DNA from: Octopus bimaculoides
Lineage: Eukaryota
Direction: 5' to 3'
Assembly (NCBI RefSeq): GCF_001194135.2
Contig: NC_068988.1
Span: forward strand, 96,683,954-96,719,084
Length of the DNA stretch: 35,131 bases
Within the stretch, counting starts at the first letter, position 1. Each line of letters starts with the position of its first letter. The translations under genes and the position numbers were made by a program. Under the pieces are notes generated by a model. The model was not told the DNA's origin, did not search any database, and saw only the letters and a list, made by a program, of their open reading frames with translations. Shown here one piece after another: positions 34,853 to 35,131 of the stretch.

Positions 34853-35131
34853 GTATATATATATATATTACCGTGGACGTTGCCATCGCGCCTTGAGGGG
34901 TTAGCCATCGCCGACTAGCAAGCCCACCCCTACCTCCTTTACACGCGTGCTAGGATGTACGATCGCCGCTACAACCTAGTGTCAGGGTCAGGGATCACAA
35001 GAGAGGTCGGTCAAAGCTCGGAGCCCTCCAACGCAGGTCGCTCCCGTTGTTTATTACGGTAGTCTTGACTTTAAGCGTCCCTTCTAGCTTGAGGCATTTA
35101 TGTATAGTAATGCCCTTAATATGAATAAATA

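Noticed and set aside
34875-34930. HDV-like ribozyme fold
   Set aside because: I could not place P3/L3/P1.1 or the catalytic C on either strand.

Overview
This is AT-rich eukaryotic non-coding DNA from a gapped draft assembly: 13 N-runs, about 5.15 kb or 15% of the window, most flanked by microsatellites. The repeat content (dense TA/CA/TACA/AAT/GA microsatellites, three tRNA-derived SINE families) resembles what I recall from octopus/cephalopod genomes; that assignment is from memory and unverified. No intact host protein-coding gene can be supported. Apart from the two transposon-overlapping ORFs at 12499-12681 and 27598-27936, the listed ORFs are microsatellite read-through, gap-spanning or unrecognisable. 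Supported content: (i) copies of three SINE families, one with a perfect 16-bp target-site duplication; (ii) an internally deleted Tc1/mariner DD37D (maT-type) transposon; (iii) a stop-free fragment of an R4/Dong-clade non-LTR retrotransposon abutting an (AAC/AAT)n tract; (iv) one clear and two faint Penelope-like (PLE) coding relics; (v) an unclassified ~110-bp repeat present twice inside (TACA)n; (vi) a few candidate exons, the best at 19682-19762. The most notable signal is a set of minimal type I hammerhead ribozyme (HHR) motifs: one with a complete catalytic core and all three stems (16660-16737, minus strand), one nearly intact (12950-13016), and several decayed ones with unrelated flanks. 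This suggests several independent families of small ribozyme-bearing retroelements (PLE-LTR or retrozyme-like).
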